DNA of 64,000 nucleotides from Bacteroidota bacterium (lineage in GTDB: Bacteria > Bacteroidota > Bacteroidia > M30B66). The position numbers and the translations under genes were made by a program. Shown one piece after another: positions 1-9,555 of the stretch (its first letter is position 1; the number at the start of each line of letters is the position of its first letter). The notes under the pieces were generated by a model that did no database searches, was not told the DNA's origin, and saw only the letters and a list, made by a program, of their open reading frames with translations. The stretch spans positions 65,695-129,694 of the forward strand of contig JAIXYK010000061.1 in the NCBI GenBank assembly GCA_027490225.1, written 5' to 3'.

Positions 1-210
1 AGATTCGCAAAAAGCACCTCTTCTCAAATTGCATATTTCAATAAGCTGATGTTAGAATTAAGAATTAACAATGCTTTTGTAATAAACAACATGGTAGAAG
101 AAGGATTGAATGTTGGAAAACCTATAAAGAACTTAAAAAACTGGATAGTAGGTGTTATGACAACTTTTAAGGCGAAGCGCAATTATCAAAGAGAGGGGAG
201 CATGGCATGA
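1..210 (+). CDS. 3' end of an upstream CDS (partial); possibly the C-terminus of a Wzc-like polysaccharide co-polymerase/tyrosine autokinase
   Basis: Frame +1 is open from base 1 to TGA at 208-210 (...SSQIAYFNKLMLELRINNAFVINNMVEEG...). The stop overlaps the next ATG (ATGA). The tail pattern and the position ahead of flippase/GT genes fit a chain-length-determinant kinase, but only 69 aa are visible. Confidence 0.35.
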   Translation, partial: RFAKSTSSQIAYFNKLMLELRINNAFVINNMVEEGLNVGKPIKNLKNWIVGVMTTFKAKRNYQREGSMA

Positions 211-1418
211 AAAAGTTAACTTCCGCATTCTGGTTACATTATTTCAAGATTTTGGTTCTTGCCGACCAGGCAGTTTCCAGTGGAAGTAACTTCTTGTTTT
301 TTTTGTTTTTGGCGAGAAATGCAGGATTAGAAAAGTTGGGAGAATTTAGTTTGATTTGGATGACAGCATTGGTGGCAAACAGCTTTCAACAAGCTTGGAT
401 AATTGGCACATTGCAAAATTCAACCTTGTTTGAAAGTAAAAAAATTACCAAGCAATCTGTTCACGTTTTACAAGCTGCTTTTATAATGGTTACGGCCATT
501 TTGATTATGCTTTTCTTTTTAGGAATGCATTGGCTTGAGTTGGTGGATACTTATTTGTTATTAGTTGCCATCTTAGGCTACTTATCTTTAGAATATTACC
601 GTAAATACATGGTAATAAAAGCAGAAGGCTTAAGGGTTTTGTCTATGGATGTAATTACGGCTTTGCTGCTGCTTACTGCAGTAAATTACATTCCGATTAA
701 CTCTTTACGCGACATATTACTAATTGTGGGAATTGCATATTGTCCGGCGCTTATTATGTTTTTAAATGCATTTGTGCATGCTCCTTTTGATGATGCAACT
801 ACAAGGTTATTGCGTTTTAGTTTTTGGGATGCAAAATGGCGTTTGGGCGTTTCTTCCTTACAATGGTTTTCAGGAAATTTTATAATAGTAGCAGCATCTA
901 CTATTGGAGGTCCTTTAATGGCTGGTTCTATTAGAATGGCGCAAAATGTAATGGGAATTTTGAATGTGGTTTTTTTAGCGGTAGATAATTATTTTCCATC
1001 TGTGTTGATGACCATTTATATGAAATCGGGTCAGGAAAAAGTAACAGATTATGTAAAGAAATTTACACTCAAAGCCGGTTTGGTGATGGGCTGTGTATTA
1101 ACAGGTTTGTTTGTTACCGCTCATTGGTTAATTCCATTGTTGTATCATACAACCGAAGCGCTGCCAATATTGATTTTGCAGTGTTTCTGTGTATTGTATA
1201 TGCTAATATTTTTAGGGTATCCTGTTAGGTATTTGTTGAGAATATACAGATTAGAAAGATACCTTTTTGTTGGATATGTACTGAGCGCTATTTTTAGTTT
1301 CTTTTATTCACAATGGATGCCCAACAGCGCTATGGCTGTGGCTGCGGGCTTAATTACTGGTCAATTTATTTTGATTTCAACTGGCTTTTTCAGTTTAAAA
1401 TTTTCGAAGAGTTTATGA
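207..1418 (+). CDS. Multi-pass membrane protein, oligosaccharide flippase-like (Wzx/MOP-type)
   Basis: 403 aa and hydrophobic throughout (about 10-12 helices). The N-terminus 'SGSNFLFFLFLARNAGLEKLGEFSL' resembles polysaccharide flippases. It is translationally coupled on both sides within a GT-rich operon. Confidence 0.6.
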   Translation: MKKLTSAFWLHYFKILVLADQAVSSGSNFLFFLFLARNAGLEKLGEFSLIWMTALVANSFQQAWIIGTLQNSTLFESKKITKQSVHVLQAAFIMVTAILIMLFFLGMHWLELVDTYLLLVAILGYLSLEYYRKYMVIKAEGLRVLSMDVITALLLLTAVNYIPINSLRDILLIVGIAYCPALIMFLNAFVHAPFDDATTRLLRFSFWDAKWRLGVSSLQWFSGNFIIVAASTIGGPLMAGSIRMAQNVMGILNVVFLAVDNYFPSVLMTIYMKSGQEKVTDYVKKFTLKAGLVMGCVLTGLFVTAHWLIPLLYHTTEALPILILQCFCVLYMLIFLGYPVRYLLRIYRLERYLFVGYVLSAIFSFFYSQWMPNSAMAVAAGLITGQFILISTGFFSLKFSKSL

Positions 1419-2563
1419 ACGTAATTCACATTATATTAGGAAAAGCAAATCCTGAACGCATGAATGGTGTAAGTAGGGCAGTGGCTCAACTTGCAGAAAA
1501 TCAAGCCAAGCAAGGCATTCCTGTAACAGTTTGGGGAATTACACCAAATCCAGAACACAATTACCCAACAAGAAATTTTGAGACTTTCTTGTTTCACCAA
1601 AGCCGTATTCCTTTTTTGGTTCCACGCTCACTCATTACTGCAATTGCTGCTCTTTCTTCAGAAACTGTGGTGCACGTGCATGGTGGATTTATATCTTATT
1701 TCTACACGATTTCTTATTTGTTAAAATTTTATGGAATTCCTTTCGTGTTTACGCCACACGGCAGTTACAATGTAATTGCCATGAAGAAAAGTGCCTGGAG
1801 AAAGAAGTTATACGGATATCTTTTTGAACGCAGCTTATTAGAACGCGCTTCTATTGTGCATTTGCTTGGAATTTCAGAAAAAAATGGGCTTGATCAATTT
1901 TTACCTGGCAAGCAAGTAGCGGTAATTCCCAATGGCATTATTCCAATAAAAACTATAGCGAAAGCTATTTCTCCAAATGTTTTGTTAGAAGATGATATTA
2001 GAAATCAACACATCAATTTTTCCTTTTGTGGAAGAATTGACATTCATACCAAAGGATTGGATTTGTTAATGGCAGGTTTTGAAGCATTTGCTGTTGATTA
2101 TCCAAACGCAACACTCACTATTATTGGCGACAGTGCCGAAATGCCCAAACTAAAGGCGATTCAAAGTAAAATGATAAATGGTGATAAGGTTAAAATTGTA
2201 GGAGCAAAGTTTGGGGAAGAAAAACTGGCCTTAATCGCAATTTCAGATGCATTTTTTCACCCATCAAGAAATGAGGGAATTCCCACAGCAGTGCTTGAAA
2301 GTGCCATGTTGGAAGTGCCTTGCATAGTGAGTGAAGCTACCAACGTTGCACAGGAAATTTTAGATTACAATGCTGGTATTATTTTGAATCCTAATAATGC
2401 AAATTCAATTACTGAAGCAATGCATGCAGTTGCCATTTGGAAAGCAACAGGAGTGCAAAATATGATGAAAAGAAATGCTCAAACAATGGCGCATGAAGCG
2501 TTTAGCTGGACTAAGATTGTAAAACAACTCAAAGAAGTGTATGCAACAGCTTTACGGGCATAA
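1415..2563 (+). CDS. Glycosyltransferase, GT-B fold (GT4-like)
   Basis: 'FFHPSRNEGIPTAVLESAMLEVPCIV' is the E-x7-E retaining-GT signature. The ATG at 1415 overlaps the upstream stop (ATGA). The track start at 1313 is an in-frame extension inside the previous gene. Confidence 0.85.
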   Translation: MNVIHIILGKANPERMNGVSRAVAQLAENQAKQGIPVTVWGITPNPEHNYPTRNFETFLFHQSRIPFLVPRSLITAIAALSSETVVHVHGGFISYFYTISYLLKFYGIPFVFTPHGSYNVIAMKKSAWRKKLYGYLFERSLLERASIVHLLGISEKNGLDQFLPGKQVAVIPNGIIPIKTIAKAISPNVLLEDDIRNQHINFSFCGRIDIHTKGLDLLMAGFEAFAVDYPNATLTIIGDSAEMPKLKAIQSKMINGDKVKIVGAKFGEEKLALIAISDAFFHPSRNEGIPTAVLESAMLEVPCIVSEATNVAQEILDYNAGIILNPNNANSITEAMHAVAIWKATGVQNMMKRNAQTMAHEAFSWTKIVKQLKEVYATALRA

Positions 2564-3890
2564 CACAGATCGTTTCATAAAAGCACTTGGCTTCTGGCTG
2601 GTGTTGATTCTTGCAATAAAAATTGCCGGTTTCTTTACATGGAGCGAAAATGTTGCAATTACTCGTGTATTTAAAGTGATTTCTCGTATTTCGATGACAG
2701 TTGCCATCTACTGGATTTACGAAATGCTGAAAGCAAGGGGCAATATCGCTTCTTTTAAATCTACCCATTTCTTTCCTGTTTTTCTTTATTTCGGATATCT
2801 ATTGCTTGGCTTAACTTCTATGCTGTGGACATCTGATGTTGGCGTATCGGCTTTGCAGTGGATAATGGATTTCGAAAGCTTCGTTTTTTGCTGGTATTTT
2901 GTAAGAGTTGCCTTGTTATTAGATGTGTTTCATCAACACCAGAAATTGTATCTCAGCAAAATGATGGCAATAGCTATTATGCTCATCATGCTCATTTTCT
3001 TGATTGGTGTTATTGTAAATCCTGATGACTTTTACCGCTTAACACACGGTGGGGAAGAAGCGCGCTTAGGTGGATTTTTTATGAATCCGAATGAGTTGGG
3101 AATGTTGGCCTGTGTTGGAATTTCTTGCTCATACATAGAGATTTATGAAAAACGAAACCGTGCAATGCATTTTACATTTGTTTTGTTAAATGTGATTGCA
3201 TTGGTAATGACTGGTTCCCGTTCTTCCACAATTGGCTTTTTCTTGATTACCACTTATTTCATCATGCAAAGCGATAATGCAAAAATGAAACTGTTAGTAA
3301 ACATGGGAATGTTTTTAGCCATTCCAGTAGTGTTGCAAACCATAATTTTTAAACAAGGTGATATTGAAGAGGTAATGAGTATGACAGGAAGATTGCCATT
3401 CTGGACAGCTTTGCTAAATGAAGGTTTGCCTAAAGAGCCCTTGCTCGGCTTTGGTTTTATGCGCATTGCATACCGCGATTTTTTCCAAAGTGTGCATACC
3501 TACGCCGGACAAATGACACACAATACTTTTATTCAGGTATTAATGAATCTGGGATTTGTTGGATTAACAATCGTGTTAACGCAAGTTTCTACAACTGTTA
3601 GAGCCTTTATAAAAGATGGCGATAAAATAAGAAAGTTCACCTTTTTAGGAATCTTCATTCCCATATTAATCAACTCTTTCACAGAGTTTGGGATTTTCGG
3701 AGAAACCAATTATGGAATCCTATTTTATCAAATTTTAATCATTTATATCACTCTTGAATACAACTTTAAACTCGATAGATATAATTTGAAAACCCTGGAA
3801 TTAAGAAATGCTTCAATTCCCTTGAGATTTAGCGAACAATTAAAGAAAAATGCCGTATTAAACCATAGTCTACACACCAAAACTGCATGA
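2541..3890 (+). CDS. O-antigen ligase/polymerase family membrane protein (Wzy-like)
   Basis: 449 aa with about 10 TM helices. It has the 'VMTGSRSSTIGFF' motif and a periplasmic-loop architecture typical of Wzy_C/O-antigen ligase family proteins. Confidence 0.7.
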   Translation: MQQLYGHNTDRFIKALGFWLVLILAIKIAGFFTWSENVAITRVFKVISRISMTVAIYWIYEMLKARGNIASFKSTHFFPVFLYFGYLLLGLTSMLWTSDVGVSALQWIMDFESFVFCWYFVRVALLLDVFHQHQKLYLSKMMAIAIMLIMLIFLIGVIVNPDDFYRLTHGGEEARLGGFFMNPNELGMLACVGISCSYIEIYEKRNRAMHFTFVLLNVIALVMTGSRSSTIGFFLITTYFIMQSDNAKMKLLVNMGMFLAIPVVLQTIIFKQGDIEEVMSMTGRLPFWTALLNEGLPKEPLLGFGFMRIAYRDFFQSVHTYAGQMTHNTFIQVLMNLGFVGLTIVLTQVSTTVRAFIKDGDKIRKFTFLGIFIPILINSFTEFGIFGETNYGILFYQILIIYITLEYNFKLDRYNLKTLELRNASIPLRFSEQLKKNAVLNHSLHTKTA

Positions 3891-6457
3891 TAAAAACTTT
3901 TACTAGACATGTAACTAACGCAACCATCCATGAGCAAGACTATGCAGTTTTGTCTCAATTGAGTGGTAATCAGAGGAGTTCAATTTATTATTCAGATAAT
4001 ATTAGTTTATTATATGATAGTAAGGCAGATATAATAGTTAGTAGTAACGAAATTCCAGCATCGGAAACATACACTTTTACGCTTTCATTAAACGTAATTT
4101 GCAATACTGATGGAAGCATTAGGTGGATGCAACCGGTGGAAAATAAACATGCTGATTTCCTTAATTTTTATGCTGAATTAAGCACAAAAGCGAAGTTGTT
4201 CGGAAACATTACTAGAACCCTATTTAAACTTGGGGTTTTCAAATTCCATTTTAAAAGGGTTATCAATATTGCATCTAAATCACCACTATACATAAATGAA
4301 TTATTAAATGAACTTTCGCCTTCAAGGTGGAGCTTGTTTACAGGTACTGTTGGTGTTAATCGCAAACTTGTTGTTTATGCAGCAAAAGAAACTGGAGACG
4401 ATGGTTTTTTAAAAATTCCATTAAATGAATCAGCAAAAAGATTAACATTTAATGAAAAGCTGATAGCCGATGAACTAAGTAAACTTAAGACGAACTATTC
4501 AGCATTCGTTTCTGCCAAAACCATCGGTTCAAACGTTTATTTAAGCAATGTAAAAAAGCCAAAGAGTACTAGAAGTTTGGTTTTTGGACAATTGCATTAT
4601 AAAGCTATAAAAGAATGGTATACGCTTACAAAACGTTCCATTCCAGTTAAATCATCAACAGAGATAGAAAAAGCTAAAAATCAACTTTCAGCATTTCAAC
4701 CAGAAAAAAATCTATTGTTTTCTGCTTTGCAGAGTTATTCGAGTAATGTGCTGAATTCTTTTCGTCCCAACGAAACACTAGTAACAGCTTTTGCTCACAA
4801 AGATTTTACTCCTTGGAATATATTTATCAATGAAGATAAACTTGGAATTTACGACGTAGAAATGTCAAATTTTGAAACACCAATCTTATTCGACATTTTT
4901 CATTTTCAAGTGCAGAAGGCTATTATGATTGATAATTTTTCGACAGAACAAACCTCATTGCTGTTGGAAGACTATTGCAAAAATGTAAAAATAAGAGACC
5001 TATCTGAACAGTATAATATTGACCCAAAGCGTTATTATTCTTTATACCTGGCGCTTAGTTGCAGTTATTACTTAAATGTGTATTCTCAACAAGAAAAATT
5101 ACATCAACAAGCCCAGCGTTTGTTACAATTCTGGTTGTACGAGTTGAGTAAAACTGCTGTTAACATTGATAAAACTGATAGAGAAGCTTATGTAATTTAT
5201 CTTCAGGCTGCATTGCAAAATAGCCCTGTTGCATTGATCAAGAATCCAGGAAAAGAGGTTTCAAACTTAACTATGTCGTCGGATATCGATTTGGCAGTTA
5301 AGAAAAATCAGATGGAAGCATTGGTTTCATTGGCCACAGATCATAATTTGATTGAAAGATTTAAGTGCACAGAAAGGTCATACATGCAAACCATTGAATT
5401 GTATTTTAAAGATGGCGGTTTCTTAAGACTTGATTTTTTGCACAGTTTAAAAATTGGAATAAGAAAAGTAATTGAATTTGATAAGTTAATAGACAAGCGT
5501 GTACCATCTCCATATGGTTTCGATGTATTACATCCTTTCGACCAAATAAAGTATCTGCTTGCTTTTTACTTTTTAAATGGAGCTAAGATGCCCGAAAAGT
5601 ACATCATGCGATATCAAGAAATTGACCTTCAAATGAATGGGGAGTTGTTAGAAGAAGTAAATCGTGTATTTGTTACTAAGATGAGACATTGGACTTCTAT
5701 TAACAATCACAAAAGGGCGTTTTTATTGTACTTTAATCGAGAGCATATTCGACTAAGTGTTAGAAAACCTTTCGATTTTTTGAGAAGATTAATTTCAGTT
5801 CCATTCGATATCATAGCAGAAAAAGGTGTAGTGATTTCGTTTTCGGGCGTAGACGGTGCCGGAAAGTCAACCGTGCTTTATACCATTAAAGATGAGCTGG
5901 AAACACTGTATAGAAAACAAGTGGTTGTGCTGCGACACAGGCCTTCAATTTTTCCAATTTTAAGTGCAATTGCAAATGGAAAAGAAAAAGCTGAATTGAA
6001 AGCCGCCAGCACTTTACCAAGACAAGGAACCAATACCAATTACTTTTCATCTTTGGCAAGATTCGCATATTATCTTACTGACTTTTTAATTGGTCAATGG
6101 ATAGTTTATTTCAAATATACATTACGTGGCAAAGTTGTGCTCTTTGACAGATATTACTTCGATTTTATTGTTGATGGTCGTCGCAGCAACATTCACTTGC
6201 CATCTGCTTTTACAAAGAGTTTTCTTCCACTTATTAGCAAGCCCGATTTCAATGCATATTTGTACGCTTCACCAGAAATGATCAGGGCCAGAAAACAGGA
6301 ATTAGAAATAGACACTATTTCTCAACTTGATGCACATTACAAAAGTTTGTTTGGAAACTTGCATACACAGCAACCCGAACGCTTTCAAATCGTAGAAAAC
6401 GATAAACTGGCGCTTACATTAAGCACTATTTTAAAGCAAATTAGAACCAAATTGTAA
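3887..6457 (+). CDS. Three-module protein: APH/choline-kinase-like phosphotransferase + nucleotidyltransferase-like middle region + thymidylate-kinase-like P-loop module
   Basis: 856 aa. N-module: 'FLKIP' Lys, 'AHKDFTPWNIF' (HxDxxxxN), 'IYDVE'. Middle: 'SSDIDLAV...LRLDFLH'. C-module: 'ISFSGVDGAGKST' Walker A and 'LFDRYYFD'. ATGA overlap upstream and TAATG overlap downstream. Confidence 0.6.
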   Translation: MIKTFTRHVTNATIHEQDYAVLSQLSGNQRSSIYYSDNISLLYDSKADIIVSSNEIPASETYTFTLSLNVICNTDGSIRWMQPVENKHADFLNFYAELSTKAKLFGNITRTLFKLGVFKFHFKRVINIASKSPLYINELLNELSPSRWSLFTGTVGVNRKLVVYAAKETGDDGFLKIPLNESAKRLTFNEKLIADELSKLKTNYSAFVSAKTIGSNVYLSNVKKPKSTRSLVFGQLHYKAIKEWYTLTKRSIPVKSSTEIEKAKNQLSAFQPEKNLLFSALQSYSSNVLNSFRPNETLVTAFAHKDFTPWNIFINEDKLGIYDVEMSNFETPILFDIFHFQVQKAIMIDNFSTEQTSLLLEDYCKNVKIRDLSEQYNIDPKRYYSLYLALSCSYYLNVYSQQEKLHQQAQRLLQFWLYELSKTAVNIDKTDREAYVIYLQAALQNSPVALIKNPGKEVSNLTMSSDIDLAVKKNQMEALVSLATDHNLIERFKCTERSYMQTIELYFKDGGFLRLDFLHSLKIGIRKVIEFDKLIDKRVPSPYGFDVLHPFDQIKYLLAFYFLNGAKMPEKYIMRYQEIDLQMNGELLEEVNRVFVTKMRHWTSINNHKRAFLLYFNREHIRLSVRKPFDFLRRLISVPFDIIAEKGVVISFSGVDGAGKSTVLYTIKDELETLYRKQVVVLRHRPSIFPILSAIANGKEKAELKAASTLPRQGTNTNYFSSLARFAYYLTDFLIGQWIVYFKYTLRGKVVLFDRYYFDFIVDGRRSNIHLPSAFTKSFLPLISKPDFNAYLYASPEMIRARKQELEIDTISQLDAHYKSLFGNLHTQQPERFQIVENDKLALTLSTILKQIRTKL

Positions 6458-7176
6458 TGAAGCAATTGTTAATTTCAATCATTAGAAAAAGGAATCCGCA
6501 CTTTACATTTCATCCTGCACTTTCATCATCTATGATTTTTTGGGTGGTGCTTGAAAAATGTATTGCAATTTTAAGAGGCTTTAAGCTTCTTTTAAGATTT
6601 CGAAATCCTAAAATGATGATGTTAGGAAAGAAGGTAAAGTTTCGTTTTATGAATCGTTTGCAATTTGGTAAAGCATTACGCATAGATGACAATTGTTATA
6701 TCAGCGCATTTGGTTCAGGAGGAATTTCGTTTGGAAATCATGTGAATATTGGTGCATTTAGCAGGGTAATAGTTTCAACATCAATGTCAGCCTTTGGTCG
6801 TTTTATTCGAATAGGCAACAATGTTGGCATTGGAGAATTTGCTTATTTAGGCGGTGCTGGCGGACTTACAATTGGAGATGAATGCATTATTGGGCAATAT
6901 TTTTCTTGTCATCCAGAAAATCATCATTTCGAAAATACTGATATTTCTATTCGATTTCAGGGAGTCTCTCATAAAGGAATTGTTGTTGGTAAAAATTGTT
7001 GGATTGGTTCAAAAGTTACCATTTTAGATGGTGTAATTATCGGAGACAATTGCGTAATTGCGGCCGGTTCGGTAGTCACCAAGAGCATGCCCGCAAACGC
7101 AGTAATAGGTGGAGTGCCAGCCAAAATTCTAAAGATGAGAATCGAAACTTTTGAACCATTGAGAAAAGCTGTGTAA
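6457..7176 (+). CDS. Hexapeptide-repeat (LbH) O-acetyltransferase
   Basis: The C-terminal half carries tandem hexapeptide repeats: 'NCWIGSKVTILDGVIIGDNCVIAAGSVVTKSMPANAVIGGVPAKIL'. This is the WbbJ/maltose O-acetyltransferase type. Confidence 0.85.
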   Translation: MKQLLISIIRKRNPHFTFHPALSSSMIFWVVLEKCIAILRGFKLLLRFRNPKMMMLGKKVKFRFMNRLQFGKALRIDDNCYISAFGSGGISFGNHVNIGAFSRVIVSTSMSAFGRFIRIGNNVGIGEFAYLGGAGGLTIGDECIIGQYFSCHPENHHFENTDISIRFQGVSHKGIVVGKNCWIGSKVTILDGVIIGDNCVIAAGSVVTKSMPANAVIGGVPAKILKMRIETFEPLRKAV

Positions 7177-7181
7177 ACTGC

Positions 7182-8420
7182 ATGACGAAAACAATACTTG
7201 CAACTACATACGCAGTAAATCCATATAAAGGCTCTGAAGATGGGATGGGCTGGAACTTTGTATTACAAATTGCGAGGTTCAATAAAGTAATTGCCATTAC
7301 AAGAGAAAACAACCAACAACACATCGAAAAGTATATGGTGGAAAATCCAAATCCACTGTATAAAAACATTACTTTCAAATATTACGATTTACCTAAATGG
7401 GCTTATTTCTGGAAGAAAGGTGAGCGCGGAGCAATGCTATATTACAATTTATGGCAATATGGCGTTGCAGGTTTTGCCAAGCAATTTGCAAAAGAAGTTG
7501 ATGTAGTGCACAACGTAAACTTCCACAACGATTGGACGCCAACTTTTCTATACAAACTTAAAAAGCCTTTGGTTTGGGGGCCAATTGGTCACCATCCGCG
7601 GGTTCCTAATGAATATTTACCAAATAAACATAAATTTAAAAATGCGTTGCGGGAATCTGCGATTTGGATAATTAAAAAGATTTATTGGAATTTTAACCCA
7701 TGGCTATACATTAGTAAATCGAGGGCTAAGTTGATTTTTGTAATGAACTCTGAAGTGATGGACGAGTTAAGTCCCAAGCCTTCCAAAGTTCAGATTTTAC
7801 CATCAGTTGGTTGCGAGTTTCCTACAGAGACAGAACTAATAACTGAGCATGCTACCTTCGAGATACTGTCTGTTGGAAGATTCGTTCCTTTGAAAGGTTT
7901 TGGAATTACAATAGATGCTTTTCATGCTTTTTTGCAATTACTGCCAAAAGAAAAAAGAAGCTTTGTAAGGCTTACGCTTGTTGGGAAAGGTCCTTTAAAA
8001 GACAATTTAATGGAACAAAGCTATAAATTGGGTATTTCTGCAAATGTTAGGTTTATTGATTGGATAGATAGGGCTGAACTAGCCGAAATTTATAAATCTT
8101 CAGATTTGTTTCTTTTTCCATCGCACGAAGGAGCAGGGATGGTCGTAGCAGAAGCATTTTCTTACAAAGTTCCTGTTTTATGTTTTAACAATTCTGGTCC
8201 AGGTGAATTTCTTCATCCCGATTCAATTTTAAGAGTCTCCTACACCAATTATAAACAGAGTATTTTAGACTTTTCCTTGTTAATGCAATTGTATTACTTA
8301 TCACCCATGTTTCAGGAAAAGGAAAAGAAACTAGCCTTTAACAGATTCATCACTTGGTTGAATTGGGATGTAAAAGGTGAGATTTTAAATGAAGCATATA
8401 ATAAAGTTTTAAATGCCTGA
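7182..8420 (+). CDS. Glycosyltransferase, GT-B fold (GT4/GT1-like)
   Basis: 'LFLFPSHEGAGMVVAEAFSYKVPVLCF' is the EX7E region. It sits in the operon context. Confidence 0.8.
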   Translation: MTKTILATTYAVNPYKGSEDGMGWNFVLQIARFNKVIAITRENNQQHIEKYMVENPNPLYKNITFKYYDLPKWAYFWKKGERGAMLYYNLWQYGVAGFAKQFAKEVDVVHNVNFHNDWTPTFLYKLKKPLVWGPIGHHPRVPNEYLPNKHKFKNALRESAIWIIKKIYWNFNPWLYISKSRAKLIFVMNSEVMDELSPKPSKVQILPSVGCEFPTETELITEHATFEILSVGRFVPLKGFGITIDAFHAFLQLLPKEKRSFVRLTLVGKGPLKDNLMEQSYKLGISANVRFIDWIDRAELAEIYKSSDLFLFPSHEGAGMVVAEAFSYKVPVLCFNNSGPGEFLHPDSILRVSYTNYKQSILDFSLLMQLYYLSPMFQEKEKKLAFNRFITWLNWDVKGEILNEAYNKVLNA

Positions 8421-9495
8421 TAAAAAGAAAGTTGTAGCGGTTCATCTGTACAATGACTTTAGTGGAAGTCCAAAGGTTTTTGCAACTGCGTTAAGTACAT
8501 TGATTCAAAATAAATTCGAAGTTCACATTTACACCAGCAATGAAACACCTGGAGCATTAAGTAATATTATCGGAGCTACTTTATTTCCTAAAAAGTATGC
8601 ATTCAAATCAAACCCATTGTTGAGGTTATTTGAATTTTTAAGAAGTCAAGTTGTACTTTTTTTCACTTTGCTGAAATACAATAAACGCGATACTGTCTTT
8701 TATATAAATTCAGTCCTTCCATTTGGTGCAGCGCTCGCCGGAAAAATAAAAGGTATTAAAATCATTTATCACCTTCATGAAACATCAATAAAACCCGCAC
8801 TTTTAAAGAAATTTTTGTTCGGAGTTGTAAATAATACAGCCAATGAAGTAATTTATGTTTCTAAATTTTTAAGCCAACAAGAACCGCTTTCAAAACCTAC
8901 ATCTACTGTTATTTATAATTGCCTTGATCCTGTGTTTATTGAAAGAGCTAATCGGGAATATATTGAAGAGAAACAAGATTTTCGTGTGCTAATGCTTTGT
9001 TCCTTAAAAGATTATAAAGGTGTGCCTCAGTTTTTTAAATTTGCCAAAAGCATTCCTAACATTCAGTTCGATTTGGTTTTAAACGCTGACCAGGCTTCAG
9101 TTGAGGCTTATTTGAAACAAAATCCAACATCTGAAAATTTGCATATTCATTTTAACCAGCGAGACGTGCACCGTTTTTATCAGAATGCTTCATTGGTGCT
9201 CAATTTATCGCATCCCGATGCCTGGGTGGAAACCTTCGGAATGACCATTTTAGAAGGAATGGTTTATAAACTTCCTGCAATAGTTCCAAAAGTTGGAGGT
9301 GTGGTTGAATTAATTGATGATGGAATGAACGGATACCGGATTAATGTGACAGCAGAAGAGGATTTAAAAGCCCGAATCATTCAACTATATTCAAACAAAG
9401 ATTTGTATCAGCAACTATCTAAATCAGCATTCGAGAAGGCCCAGTTTTTTGCTCCAAATCAATTCGAATCGGGTGTTTTAAAAGTATTCATTTAA
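8413..9495 (+). CDS. Glycosyltransferase, GT-B fold (GT4/GT1-like)
   Basis: 'ETFGMTILEGMVYKLPAIVPKVGGVVELIDDGMNGY' motif. It overlaps the upstream gene by 8 nt. Confidence 0.8.
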   Translation: MPDKKKVVAVHLYNDFSGSPKVFATALSTLIQNKFEVHIYTSNETPGALSNIIGATLFPKKYAFKSNPLLRLFEFLRSQVVLFFTLLKYNKRDTVFYINSVLPFGAALAGKIKGIKIIYHLHETSIKPALLKKFLFGVVNNTANEVIYVSKFLSQQEPLSKPTSTVIYNCLDPVFIERANREYIEEKQDFRVLMLCSLKDYKGVPQFFKFAKSIPNIQFDLVLNADQASVEAYLKQNPTSENLHIHFNQRDVHRFYQNASLVLNLSHPDAWVETFGMTILEGMVYKLPAIVPKVGGVVELIDDGMNGYRINVTAEEDLKARIIQLYSNKDLYQQLSKSAFEKAQFFAPNQFESGVLKVFI

Positions 9496-9555
9496 TTTCT
9501 CAAACAACACTTCAAAAAATAATGTTATTTGCATTAAAATATTGGGCAACTAACT

